Shown piece after piece: positions 1 through 13,345 of a DNA stretch of 64,000 nt. The notes under the pieces are model-generated. The model made no database searches, was not told the origin of the DNA, and saw nothing but the letters and a program-made list of their open reading frames with translations. The DNA is from Octopus sinensis (Eukaryota). The DNA lies in contig NW_021831286.1 in NCBI RefSeq assembly GCF_006345805.1, forward strand, positions 372,001-436,000, written 5' to 3'. Every line of letters starts with the position of its first letter. Position 1 is the first letter of the stretch. The translations under genes and the position numbers were made by a program.

Positions 1-760
1 TCATAAACAAAAAATCTTAGTTCAAAAAACATGACCGCAAGCATTTAAATACTTAATCTTTTTTCCTCTTGCCTCATAGACTTAGGTCGTTATTGTGCAT
101 AAATTCAAAATCAATTAAACATTTCTTCTGCGGACTGATTTAAATTTTGTGCTAAGATTTACACATAAATTGCAGGCTTCATAATCCTATGAATAAAAAC
201 GACCCTGTCTACTCCTTTAGACAAAATACAGCCACACTTCCACCCCTAAATTTAACCGCGGGTATAATGTTCTCCGAATGATGTCTTTCACCGTGAAAAT
301 ATCTAACACTATTTCTTTTATTTGATGAAAATAACTTGAATTTTGTTTCATCAGAGAACATAATTTTTCTCAGATCTTCAGATGAGATCTCTAAATAATT
401 TTCAGCAAATAATTTTCTTTTTAACACGTTTACTTGTCTTAATAACAGTTCTTTACACAGTTTACGAATTTCTAGTTTGAGAGAATGTAAGGCGTTGTTT
501 ATTGTTGATCGAAAAAGTCGTACATTGTGCTCAGATTCAAAACAATTTTTAATTTCTTGTAAAGTAAAAAAATGATTTTTATCATATTGTGTCAATATTG
601 GGATTTTAATCGTCAGAGTAAGCTTTTCTGGACGACCGTTTATCGTTTTATTGTTTTTTATTGATAGAAGTGGCCAAAATTTGTGACCGCTAATTGACTC
701 TAGTCTTTCATATGACTGTAAATCGGTAAGTAGATGTTTATAAAAACGTTTCATAGGATA
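1..760 (-). mobile_element. Degenerate Tc1/mariner transposase
   Basis: ORF 209-754 has GRPEKLT, MFSDETKF (first catalytic D) and AVKFRGGSV motifs typical of Tc1; the rest is frameshifted. Confidence 0.8.
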
Positions 761-1099
761 TAGTTGATCTGGTAGTGTATTTTTTGTTAATAGAGTTTAT
801 ATTAGAAATAAAAAAATAATATTTAATTAATTTATTTTTCTTCAATTTATATTAATTAATATTTCTAAAATATTAAATTAAATGTTTGTCACGTTATGCT
901 AAGTTGGCTTATTTTTATTTTTAGATAAACCAGCCAGCCACTAATTTTGTAATTACTGGTCGTGGGTTTATCTTAAATTTTGATGTATGAAATTTCGATC
1001 AATTCATACTACATTGTTTAAACTATTTAAATATACCGTTTGACTGGATTAAATATTTCCAGTGGTGGGAATGTTTGAAACTAACAGAGCTGTATTTAA

Positions 1100-1725
1100 T
1101 TATTTTATTACTCTTAAAGAGTATTTTTCTTGCATGAGTTATTCACTGTCTTTTAGGCAATCAGAGCTATCACTTGCTGTTTGTAGTAATTCTTGTGGCA
1201 TGCGGAGAATACGAGGTCTGGGAATACTCCTCTGCCTGTTGTGCTTGGTTTTCACCTGGCCTTAATTTCCCCGCGATTCCTTCAGTCCAAAGGGACTGGG
1301 ACGAAATTTGTGAAAATACGAAAACTAACACCCTCAAGCAATCAAATCTGCTCGCATTGTTTCCCTAATGACGTGCTAGTTTTTCTAGCCTTATTTACGT
1401 AGAGTAACAGTGGCGGAGTGGATGGCCTAAAACCCAAATGACCTTGTCACTCCCATGGCAGGATAATCTGGTGACGTCTCTTGAAATCAATCGCATTCTT
1501 GTGCAGCAGAATTATTTCTGGCAACATGCCATATTTTGCACTCGATTTACTGTCTCGGCAAGCTTAACAGTTCTAAATAAGAGCGACGGGAGAATCAGGG
1601 CCATCGCTGTGTGTAACACATTCAGGAGGCTTGCTGCGAAAATCATTCTTAGCGATCTGAGCTCTCTCTCGGTTGCTGCCACTGGCCGGCGCTCTATCCG
1701 ATTGTTCATACAGCGATACAAATAA
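1100..1725 (+). mobile_element. Scrambled fragments of a CRE-like non-LTR retrotransposon
   Basis: LNKSDGRIRAIAVCNTFRRLAAK resembles the CRE-clade RT motif; FPAIPSVQRDWDEIC is echoed by the copy near 61260-61310. Confidence 0.6.
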
Positions 1726-1899
1726 AAAACGGAACAGCCAATTTCTCAATTTCTTTCTATATAATGCTTAATTCCTTTTAATAAAAAATCGAATTTCAAG
1801 CTATAATCTTAACTTTTGCCTTTTATAAAAATCCAAACGTCAAAGATTATAATATGTATTTAAACCAAATTTTTTTTAGACAAAATAAAAAAGAGAACA

Positions 1900-2290
1900 A
1901 TGGTAGTTCAAAATTTAGTATGACCCCCCTAAGCATTAATTGCGTCTAAAATTCTGTTCCGCATTGCTTCAACAAGGGATGTCGCATATTCTATTGAAAG
2001 ATCATTCCAAATATTTTTTAATTCCTCAAATAGGTCACTCTTTTTTTTTAATTCAGTCCCTTTTATTTTATGTTTCATGAAGGACCACACGTGCTCGATT
2101 GGATTCAAATCGGGACTTTGAGGAGGCCATTGTAATAACTCAATTCGGTGTTCATTAAAAAAATCTTTAGCCACCTTGCATGTGTGCTTTGGATCATTAT
2201 CTTGCTGATAAATTGGAGACCGGATTCCGGTAAAAGAAAAAGTCCAATTTATCATTTCTATAGAGAGGTAGAATATATTTAAAAATATTC
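1900..2290 (-). mobile_element. Tc1 transposase C-terminal fragment
   Basis: YQQDNDPKH and WPPQSPDLNPIEHVW (DD34E region). Confidence 0.9.
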
Positions 2291-2867
2291 CTTGTGCTCA
2301 TTCTTCAGAGGAATCAAAAATCCGTTAACGACACTGTGCTTATGTTTGAGATAAAAAACCTCGAAAGAAATCCCAACAACTCGGAAATTCCTTCAAAAAA
2401 TTCATTTTGCAAGTAACAAGACCTAAAAAACAATTTATGAATGTAACCATACCCAGAAAGGACTTGAGCGAATGGCCTTTGTAATCTCCCGGTTTAAATC
2501 CGATAGAGCATTTGGGGGCTTATATGAAAGTTCAAATTAGGCAAAAAATGAGAACATTCAGGTACTGAAGGAAAATCTATTAGATGTTTGGAATTATATT
2601 CCAACAAAAACACTTGAAAAATTAGTTGGGTTAATATAAAAAAGTTGCTGGAAAATCCATTCGGCAAAAGAGGGTTATTCTTCATATTAATCTCACAATA
2701 ACCAAATTTTATGCCAAGTCGTTGTTTTGTCCAAATTTCATAGACAAAATTTCAAAATTCAAATAATGAAATTAATGATTTTCAATTTTATCAGATTTTA
2801 AAATATATCGGAAGCAAAAATCAAATCATTCTTAGTATAATTTAAGCAAGTTAAGAATCACCAATAT

Positions 2868-3260
2868 TTATGTCGAGAGTGTATATTCTAAAAAAGTCTC
2901 AGTGCACGTAAAGTCCCACACGAGGCATTTCCAATTACTCCACGGAAAATAGTGACTCCATTTAAGCGTTTGCGTCTCCGCGGTCAATCCCAACAGATTC
3001 CAGTTCTGTTGGAATCCAGCAGCTTGTAACACATCCGAAATAATCTCGTTGATAGCTGAATGTCTGGAAACATAGCCAGCACTCCTTCTGAATAAAAGAA
3101 GGCTTAATCCTTCTGTATCGACTCTACTACCACATTGGCATTGGCTCCTAAAACAAATCACATTGTCATTTTTGAAGAAAGTTTTAGACTGGGAGAAAGG
3201 GAGAACATTAAGCCACGCACTACTTTCAGGTCTAGCAGCGGCTGAGTTGGGACACGATTC
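2868..3260 (-). mobile_element. CRE-like retrotransposon fragment (Zn knuckle + restriction-like endonuclease)
   Basis: CQCGSRVD...SAGYVSRHSAINEII...PW...CLVWDFTC; frameshifted. Confidence 0.7.
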
Positions 3261-3469
3261 CAGTTCTTGATGTGGTTTTTCGATCGGAGTTTTTCATATT
3301 GAAAATTTTAGATCACTTTTAATAAAAAAGTAATAATATATTTACTAGATATTTTATAAATAAAACTTTAACCAAGTTAATATATAAATAATAAAGTGTT
3401 TGTTGTGGTGCAAAGATAAATTTCAAAATATTTTTTATAATGATTATTGGATTGACCTAATTTAATTAA

Positions 3470-4961
3470 ATGTCAGAAATAGATCAATCATTATTGACTC
3501 CCCTCACAGAAACACAAGAAAGAAACGAACCCTCAAGTCCTTTGTCCAGATTTAACTCATCCTCTCCAACCCAGTCAGACCTAATGGAGTTTTGTCAGTT
3601 TGTCTTCAAGGGAGTACCCCTACGTACAGAAAATTATGGAAAAACGTGTGCAACCTTAGGATATTTGGGTTCAATTGATTTATCCTCCAATAATGACAAT
3701 TCAAATCTCGAAAAAGCGATTCTATTCACATTTAGCAGAAGAAAAGTCCAAGAAACAGTCGAATTGAAGATTTCTGGCGGAGGCCTTTCGCTGGTCTCCC
3801 CCGTTGGGTTTGCTTTGGCAGTATACCCCACCTCCTGTCTAATTTCCTTTGCATATTTCGGAATCCAAGTCCGCCATATTCTAATTGCAGTACTCCATGG
3901 AATTGGGAGTCCCAAAAAACCGATTGCTCATCTTTTTTTTGATACTTTTGATGATAAAAATCCGACTCCTTTTGTGCATTCGAACATGTTGGATCCCCTG
4001 ACTCGTCTTTTCCCTCATTCTGACACAGAAATTGCTGTTTTTTTAAGAAAAATGGGATTTATTATCCTGGAATCATCTCTGGATGAATATTCCGTGACTG
4101 AGTCTTCTTTGGTGGAGTCCGCGGACGAAATGCCTCCGTCTTCGTGGTGTCCCTCAAAGTTCCCGATTATGTACAACCGAGAAGCAGTGAGAGGAGTCCG
4201 CCTGTTGGATTCTGAGTCTGCCTCCTGGTCTTGTCCCACCAATTCTGTGGTATGTGCGAATATTGGCTTAATTAACTGATCAAAGTGAGTGTTAATATGA
4301 CAAGAATCTTTTGTGTGAATGGCAGTAATGAGGAATGGAGTTTCTTGTCATGTATTGTGCACTTGTTCTATTGTTTTAATGACTGGAATGTGTTATATAT
4401 AATACAGCTATTCGGTCTGGTGTAATGGGCTTAGGGCAGCGGTTGATTAGTGATGTATTTCTCTGCCACAAGCATATTGTTTATTTGTGATGTGTTTATT
4501 GTAGAAAGGGGAATCAGAACAGTCATTTCCTGGCCTGAGGACAGTATTGAGTGATAAAAGAATGTGCAAGTTGTTCAAGAACTATGCAGAAGGGGAGTTC
4601 AGTGGGGAAAATGTCATGTTTTGGAAGAGGGTTGAGAGATACAAGAAAATAGGCAATCCTGAGAAGGTAATTTGGCCTGTTCATTGGTCAGAGGAAGTTT
4701 GAGGCGATGAATATATTCAAGGAATTTATAGCTGAAGGATCCCCTTTCGATCTCAATCTGGTCCCCAAAATCAAGGCCGACATCGTGGCAGGTCTCAAAC
4801 AACCGAATGTGGAGATGTTTGACTCTGCCCAGGAAGAGATATTCGTTCTCATGAATGAAGACACTTTTTCGAGATTTCAGAATTCTGATTACGCTGGCAA
4901 GATAAGGCTGTTAAGTCGAGTTAATGGACAGACAAATTTTTCGGTAATTTTTGGGCTATAA
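3470..4961 (+). CDS. RGS-domain protein with N-terminal PTB/PH-like region (multi-exon)
   Basis: Spliced C-terminus reads LFKNYAEGEFSGENVMFW...IFKEFIAEGSPFDLNL...MFDSAQEEIFVLMNEDTFSRF (RGS box). N-terminal LGYLGSI...VELKIS resembles PTB. Exons at 4250-4500 are unresolved. Confidence 0.8.
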
Positions 4962-5514
4962 TTTTCCAGAATAAGACGTTCAAATTTAAGCGGAAAAATT
5001 AACTATATTAATTTATTTGAAATAAAAGTTAATTTGTGTTTGCTAGTTTTTTGAGTGCTTGTGTATCTTGGATTCCTCGGTGTAGTTCCTTTTGTCTTCT
5101 TTGATTTGCAGCTTCCATTATTTTTTGTCGTTTTTCGCTCTTTGAGTTATTGAAAAATTAGGCTTACGGGAGTATCAGTTTCGATTAGATTTTGTGAGTC
5201 ATTAATTGGACAACACAACATTGAACCCATTTTTATTTCTAACTGTTTTTACTTCAGACAATAAATATTATTAATTTTAAAGTTAGTTTAATTTATCACA
5301 TTCACTCAAAGGTACACGTACTTTTCTGGATGTTCGATGCTTTTAAGTTGACTCAAATAAAATATTGTTGTACGTACTAGTTTCATTTTTTCGTAAACTC
5401 ACCACTTGTGGGAAAAATCATGTACATTTTAGACTAAGTGACTTTTATCTACCATGTGAATTAGAGCCAGTTGTGCTCATTTTTAGATTTTTTACTTCTT
5501 ACAATGTTATATCT

Positions 5515-7320
5515 TGTCACAGTCCAGACGTGAGTCGCGCCGGACGTGAGTCACTTGGTCAGACTTTGGATATTTTTATATTTTCTATATAATAAAATCA
5601 TTCAAAAATCACAATTTCTTAATTAATATTATATATTATTGTATTTTATTTTTAAATTTTTCACGTTATCAAATGTTTCTAATTACACTATCACAAGAGG
5701 ATTTATTGAAGATAAAAACTTTTAAACAATTTGGATCATTTGATGACGGAATCAGTAGAAGAGAACGTTTTAGATTACGTAGGATTGCTAACCGAATACT
5801 TATTGAGGAAAATATAGCCTACATATACCAAAAGAATAAAAAAGTCAGATTATTCTGCATAGAAGAACAAGAGTTAAAGCTGAAATATATAGAAATATCA
5901 ATTTATTTAATTATGATTAGTGTGAACACAATTATGTACATTTTGGAAGAGATAAAATGTTTTTTATGCTTAAGGGAAAGATATATGGTGCAACTCGGGA
6001 AGAGATTAGCAAAATACTTGAAAAATGTGCTTATTGTCAGGTATTAGTTAAATTATTCGATTTCAGTCCAAAAAATTGCTAGCTATAAGGCCGGTTATCA
6101 CTCCTATTATTGCAAGAGGCCCAAGAGATAGATACATTGCTGATTTGATCGATTTAAGAAGATATTCCGAAATAAATAACAGCTTTAAATGGGTATTTAT
6201 TACGATTTATCCAGATTCTCGTTTTAATTGACTCTTTTTCAAAATATGGGGTTGTAGAACTTGCGAAAACCAAATGCGGCACAGAAATAGTGCCTATTAT
6301 TGAAAACATTTTTATGATGATTGGAGCTCCATTAATCTTGCAAACAGATAATGGAAAGGAGTTCAAAAACAATATGATGGAGGAAATGTGTACAAGGTTT
6401 GGAACTAAGCACATATGTGGAAGACCACGTGCCCCATGGATACAAGGTCAGGTAGAACGGTATATTTATTTTGTTAATTTTAAGATTTAACCAATCTATA
6501 AAACGATGGATCTCTTCTACAAGCGCTTCAAATGGAATGTTTGGAGAATATCATACAATTATTAAAAGAATTGTCTACGAATACAATAATTCTAAACATG
6601 ACACCACGAAGCATATTCCGTTTAATATTTTTATGGGAGGGGGATATGAAAAAAAACTAGATGATCAGATTATGCGGTCTTTATTTGCTTTTACTGATAA
6701 TTATGAAATTATTTTACGATAAGGAGAAAATGAATACGAAGAGGTAGATTTTGTGTATGAAGAAGGCGAAGAAGTGAATAGAATGCAAGAAGACGTACTG
6801 AACAATTTGCAAAGTGCGGGTGAAAAAATGAAAAAAAGGAGAAGATGGAGATTTGATGAAGAGGAAATATCAGTTGGAGATCACGCACTTTTACGGATGG
6901 ATCAGGATGTAAATGAAAACACAAGAAAATATCCTCTGTATGACCAGATAGATACATCTGCATACAGAGTGATAAAACAGGACGGAAACACATTGGACTT
7001 AGAAAATGAGGAGGGGGATATTATTGAGAAAGTACATTTTAGTTGGCTAAGGAAATTAAAAAAATAATTTTTAATATTTTAAAATTTTTTTTAAATAAAA
7101 AAAATTCAAGTTAATCGATAAAACGTTATGTCGGGTCAAAAATGCGTTATGTTTGTTTTTTGTGGGTGAATAATATGAACTTTTATCCAAAAAAAGACAT
7201 AAAAAACACTAATATGGTATAATTGGAGTAAGGTATATCTATTTAGTTATTTTTTATTTATTTTTATAAAATTTTAACAAGTGACTCACGTCCGGCGTGA
7301 CGCACGTCTGGACTGTGACA
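5515..7320 (+). mobile_element. Ginger-type DNA transposon (retroviral-like integrase), full length
   Basis: 43-bp TIRs TGTCACAGTCCAGACG... (5515-5557 / 7278-7320, 2 mismatches); 5-bp TSD TATCT. Spliced ORF 5673-7067 has an HHCC motif (H..HFGRDK..CAYC), DLIDL, LQTDNGKEF and QGQVER. Four tiny introns and one in-frame TAA at 6720. Confidence 0.9.
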
Positions 7321-8249
7321 TATCTTACTAGAATTATGATGTTTTATTTCATTTACCTCACTTTTACTATACTATGTCTTTTTGATATTCAGATCTATGC
7401 CTTTATAGTATTCTTCAATTTCAATCGTTAAAACGGACGTTTTTTTGTCTTTAATGCTAATTTATTAATTAACCCCCAAGCTTGCATAGCAAACCCAGCA
7501 CAAACAGTCATTGGCTGAAGACTATTCTATGGATGTTGGAATACGAATGTTGTGGGTTCAATTCCGAAGGAAGCTAGTGGTCAAGTCTTGTCACTGTTCT
7601 TACCCGTGAGGCGACGAGTCCATCTGGCACGACACAGATGTAGAAAGGGAACCTCCTACCTTCCCTTGATCACATTGCCAATGAAAAATCTTCATTATGT
7701 AAAACACTCCCGAAAACAAATGACGTGCAATGAGCGACGGCAGGAGGCTGACAAATGGGAACTGGGCGAACCAGATATTCCCCATCTCTCTTTGGATCCG
7801 GAAAGCTGTATTGAAGATTTGGAGGCTAATACTGATCGCCACAGACAGTTCCTTCTTTAATGCTAATAACCACCATATGTGTTAAAATTACTTCTCAATT
7901 AATAATAATAAGATTTACTATGTTCCAAACAGACAGTGAAATGAGCTGATAGTAAAACCATGACAGGCGTCATAAGTCTCCATAAAATATTAATTCACGT
8001 TAAAATAATTAAGTTAGCCCATATTAGGATGTTTGTTAAAGATGATGAAGAGTACAACTTACTGAAATCCATTCTTGGAGGATATTTCGAAAGTTAGAAA
8101 GTTTTGACTAAAAAAGGAAGCTAAAAATTTCATTCTTATTGACGGAAAGCTATATCTGCGAAGAATTAATTGACTTCAGCTTTTTATAGGTTTAACAAGC
8201 ACAGAAGAAATGAAAATCATTCCTAAGAAATTCACGAAACAAACCATCG

Positions 8250-10000
8250 TAGGCATAGGGCTCTGGATGCACCTTTGCAACTCGTAAATGAATGCAATAT
8301 ATGCAAGTTCGTATCGTGAAGCTAATTGGTTCGTCGCGGTATATACCGGCATTCTGGAATTCAAACTCTTCAGAACCTCCATAGGAGCGGCCCTGTAGGT
8401 TTTTACCATAAGACCAACGTTTTAATAATCTTTACGCTTTTAATTGAGCCTCCTCGATTTCCTTTTGTAGGTCCAAGATAACAGTGGTCCTCACGATGCG
8501 CAGCCGTAGGAGATGGATGATTCTAAGTATTAACGATAAATGCTTGTCAAAATCGGGTAATAATCACTTTGACATATTCTTAATAAGCTTTTCAGCACGT
8601 TCATTTTTTGAATTTCCGAAGTTAGTTATCTACATGTGGAGAGAAGCAGAGATGCATTTGAGAGTCACTCCAAAGACTGTCAGACTTCTGTTGAAGGGTC
8701 AGGGCACATTGTTCAGCTTCAAAGCGACTGTCTTCTTTCCCAATCATTTATTAAATGTAAAAAAAAGACGTAGATGATTTTGCAGCATCTACAACAAGAT
8801 ACTCCGTTGGACAGAAAACGTGACGTAGACTTTAGGTTTCCGAGGCACATCATACTCCTTTGTCCACTTAGGGAGTTTGTGATCCATAGTTTGAGCTTCC
8901 CTGAAGATTCTGTTTGAAATATTTTTCTTGATAGGATTTTCCTTAAGACAAAATCAAAGGTTTTGTGTATGTCGATGTAATAAAGCACTATTTTTAATTG
9001 TCTAGGTTTGTTTGTAAATCCAGAACGAAATCTCTTACTGTCTGTAAGTATGTAGATGTGGACTTTTCATTTTCGAGCCCACGTTGAAATGGCCTTTCCG
9101 GTAAAAATTCTTTTGTTTTTCCAAGTACCAACCTTCCCAGGATTTTTGACATGGAGCATAAAGGAGACACAGGTCTAAAGGATGCAGGGTCGTTTCTAGA
9201 TTTTCCAGGCTTTAGCCAGGTACCGAATAGCTTTTCACATTTCTCATGTTGTTTGATTTTGATTTACAGATGTAAGGACTCGGTTCCACTTTAAATTCTA
9301 GGTCCTTTGCTCTTTTATCTTTATTTCATTATTCAATATTATGATCCGGAGCTTTACATCTAATGTTATCCTGTTAGATTTCTTAAGATGATTTCTTTCA
9401 GTCCTCTGCCGACCAATTTAATTGATGTTTGAGTATAGATCTTGATCTTGCTTTTAAAATTATTTTTGTAAAATAGCTGATGGCCTTGTCCAGAGAACTA
9501 AAGCTGTCCAAATAACAATTCTTTAGTTTTGATTCTAAAATTTCTTGTAATTGTACCAATTGAGAACTCTTTCGGTGTTGACTTTCCTTTTGATGTTCAC
9601 CACAATCGGATTGTGGTCGCTTCTTGTTTTGCAGAAAACTAGCCAATCAATAATAGATAAGAGATGAAAAGCAAATTTGTAACATGCGGTGACATAGGCT
9701 TATCCGTCACTCTGATGGGAGTCCTTATGTTTCTCGCTAAATCATTCATTATTTTTGAAGAGTCCATTTAAGATAGTCAAAGTTTCTCTCTCATATCAGC
9801 CGACTGAGTTGACAGCCACAAAGGGATACTTTGCATTTAGATCCTCGATATGATGACTACATCGATGCATACCAGTTTAGATAAATTTGGCAATATATAA
9901 ATCTTTGGACAGGAACCAGGGGGTAGAATGTACATATTGGCGATCCATAGTCTCCTTTTTGTACTAAGCGAGATCCGATTATTTCTGAAACCTCATCAGC
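8250..10000 (-). mobile_element. Decayed LINE (EN+RT), related to the 54218-56428 element
   Basis: IDIHKTFDFV, WITNSLSGQ and KPGKSRNDPASFRPVSL-like motifs; many stops. Confidence 0.7.
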
Positions 10001-11049
10001 TCATTAGTGAGTTTAGCGTAGTTTTCTGAGTTCTCTGATTTCAATTTAATACCATTAATCTTTAGCTAGACAAGAAAGAGTGAATAAAGCAAACTCAAAG
10101 CCTGTGTTTAAACACAATCAAACGTCTCACACATTCATAGGTAAATTTGTGCTTTTATTTTTTGTAGGTGTTAATACGTTTCAGAAATATCGAGCCGGGC
10201 TACAAAAATACTGTAAAAGATATAGACGGAAAAGAAAACCTAGAAAATGTGCACAATACTGCTGAATTGACAGAGATAACGGAGATGCTGTCACTATTGT
10301 TACAAAATTGTCGAACAATTTTGTCAATGTTACAATTAGTGAAGGAATAGTGACGAAAGTTTATTTTAAACTCCTTAACAAATAATTAACAATAATTAAC
10401 GAATAAATCCAAATACTCAAAATTTCAAAAAATTTGTGGTCATACTATTTAATAGTATGACTCATTCTATTTGGAGTTATCCGTTAGTTAATGTTTGCTT
10501 TAAAATAATTGATTATTTTGTTTTTAACATTGATTTCATCTGCCATGGTTTTACCCTCCTTAAATTTTTGAAGGGTCTTAACATACTGTGTAGGATGTCG
10601 TATTTGTGAGTTATTGTAACTAGGAAGAAATATTCAATTAAAATTTTTTTATATTGCTATTTATGAATAGACAAATTCATAAATAACTTTTTGACCAATT
10701 TATCAATTTCCAAACCAAGGAGGCCAATATAGCATTTTAATTAATTGCTTAAAGTAAATTGATTGCTCAGTCTTGAATACTTTTAAATACAATTTTCTAT
10801 TTCTTCGTTAATATTTTTCAGTGCATCTTTTTTTATGAATTCTTAGGTTTCATATTCAGATTTTTATATTCTCCATCGTGGAAACTCATTAGCAACGTTA
10901 GAATATCTAACTTTAGTAGATTACGCTAAACAAGATTAATTAATTTCTTGTTAAAACTAGCACACTTAATATTTAAATTCGGCCTCTTCTCATATTATTA
11001 GGTTCAGTCAATTATAAAATAATTTAATTAAAACTCAACAAAAAATAAT

Positions 11050-11794
11050 CAAATTTATGTAGAATTGTCATAAACAGGATTCTTCTTGGTCACAATCCTC
11101 ACAGTCCGAGGTTCATTCGTGGCCTGAAAATACAAACAAATATAAACTTTCGAAGCAATAATCAACCGTTTTGGACCACTGGAAACAAACTGGAATTTGT
11201 CATGTTCTATCACTACTCAGACTCACATCAACCCCTTAAATTATTCGACTCAATGATTTGAACTGGCTTATTATTAGCCTCAAATGGAGTTAGTCCGTCC
11301 ATGTCGAACTCAGTCTGAGTTTGGGCGTCAGCAAAAGCACATTGAAAGTAAATTTGATCTCCATTTTCTATTTAAATATATATAGACGAGGACTGTTGAT
11401 TGTTGTGCTTAGTTTAACATTCTCGGGGAGAGAATTGTCAGAAAAAGAATCTGCCAGTTGGCGGTGTTCGTCTGGAATGACTTTTTCGGCCTCAAAGCTT
11501 GGCAAATAACACTCAAAATAGTCCGACAGTTGCCAGCTAAGAAATAGGTGTCAGTAGTTACATTGAGTGCTGATTTGGACTGGTAGAAGGTCGGCTGGCG
11601 ATTGCCTTTTTTATTTCTGAATTCAAACGCACATTGCTAATTCTTTACAGTTAGAATTGGGTTAAATACTTTAACTCGTTTTGTAGAATTTTGAGGATTT
11701 TTACTGATTCGAAGGTGAATGGGAGAATATTCAGATACAAATTGACCATATTCGAGAATGTTATGAGGGTATGTTCTCTATGGGTGAGGTTCAT
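11050..11794 (-). CDS. Hypothetical multi-exon gene
   Basis: GC-richer block between AT islands with plausible ~25-nt GT-AG introns; no recognisable domain; bounds approximate. Confidence 0.3.
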
Positions 11795-13345
11795 GTGCTA
11801 ATTCAATGATGACAAAGATATTTGGTAAAGGTACACAACAATATTCACAAATAAAAGTAGCTATTTATATAATGGTTTACCTTCTGTTTAAATAAATTTA
11901 TATTTGCAATAAAATTTATAATATTATTTTTTGTCACATTTTTTAAAATAATCACACTTTTATTATATAATTAATCAATATCATCAAAAACCCACAATTA
12001 TATACCGAAAATACAGTCAAAAGTAATTTATACGATTAATTCATTAAAAATAGAAAATATGAACCAAAACCATCTCTGTTCTACAATTGTACGTTCAAAT
12101 TTTATCTCAAAATCCAAGATTTTTGAAAACCGACAAAAATCCTTGGATGAACTCGTGTTATAACGTCCTAAAAACAATATAAATGGCAGAATTGAGCTCA
12201 TCGAATCTTGATCAGTCAAGTTCCCCGAAGAGCCCGTTCACATGAACGTAATATTCATGTTGATTCGATACAACCAATATTTTCAGTTAAATTTTTTGAC
12301 TTTTAATTTACCTAAGGCGGGGATTTCAGAATGGAAAACGACGACCAAATTTTAGTCATTTTCCTTAATGTGATAATTAATAGACTTATATGCCAATTAA
12401 AGAAATAGATTCATTTGAATTATTAAAAAATTAAATTTAGTACGTTTCCTGAAGGTTGAAATTAAAGTGAAAATTAATGAATCTCATAAGAAGATTTTTG
12501 TAATAAAAATATAATGACATTATTATCCAAATTCTTTAATCAGCCCATAATTCGAGATGCAAATATAATATTCTTTTCGTCACAAATAGATCAATAAGTT
12601 CTATTTTCATTTGCTTAAAAAATGAGTATCTGGTGATTCAAACAAAAATTGAAATCAAAAAATTATTGATTGACACTTTTATAGCTTAAATTTGAAGGAT
12701 CAAAGTAGAAAGCGCCAAGCAAAACCTTGGATTGAAGATATGATGGAAATAAAGGACATTTGAATAATCTCAAACATGCACCTTAAAGATAAATTTTAAT
12801 TAAACCTTGAATGATGATTACGAATGGCTTTAACGGTCAATATTTTCTAAAAGCAGAATATATTTTAATGGCTCTCTCATTTATCAGTTATTTAAATTCT
12901 CTTTGTAATGTCTCTAGAAAATCCGAACGATTAGTCATTCTATAATGCATTGTTTTCCTTGGAAATTATCAAGTCCCTCTTAAATAAGATTTAGAAAACC
13001 CATTTTCTACTAAGCTATCACCACAACGAATTATTAACCGCGACCTTTCTATTATGAGAGATTTTACTAATATCGAAATAGAAAAAGTGAGCCTGGAAAG
13101 AAGAGGGGTGGCATACGTTTGGACACAACAGAGGATAGCTATATGACACAATTCTACTTTCGCCCAAATAGACAATTAAGCAGTACAATATTGATTGAGC
13201 ATTAAGTGTGCGTTATGCTCAAAAATGAATGGGAAATGCACTAAAAACACAATTTGACATTCTGATAGTCAATCTCCACTTTGGGTTTAAATTTATTAAA
13301 GAATGTAATTCTGTGGGGTATAAAAATAGAACTAGTCAATATTTT

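Noticed and set aside
5515-7320. Integrase as part of an LTR retrotransposon or Polinton
   Set aside because: No RT, LTRs or polB; short TIRs and a TSD bound a 1.8-kb unit.
10439-10461. 11-bp perfect hairpin GTCATACTATT-T-AATAGTATGAC
   Set aside because: Isolated and AT-rich; probably a TE end or footprint, with no supporting context.
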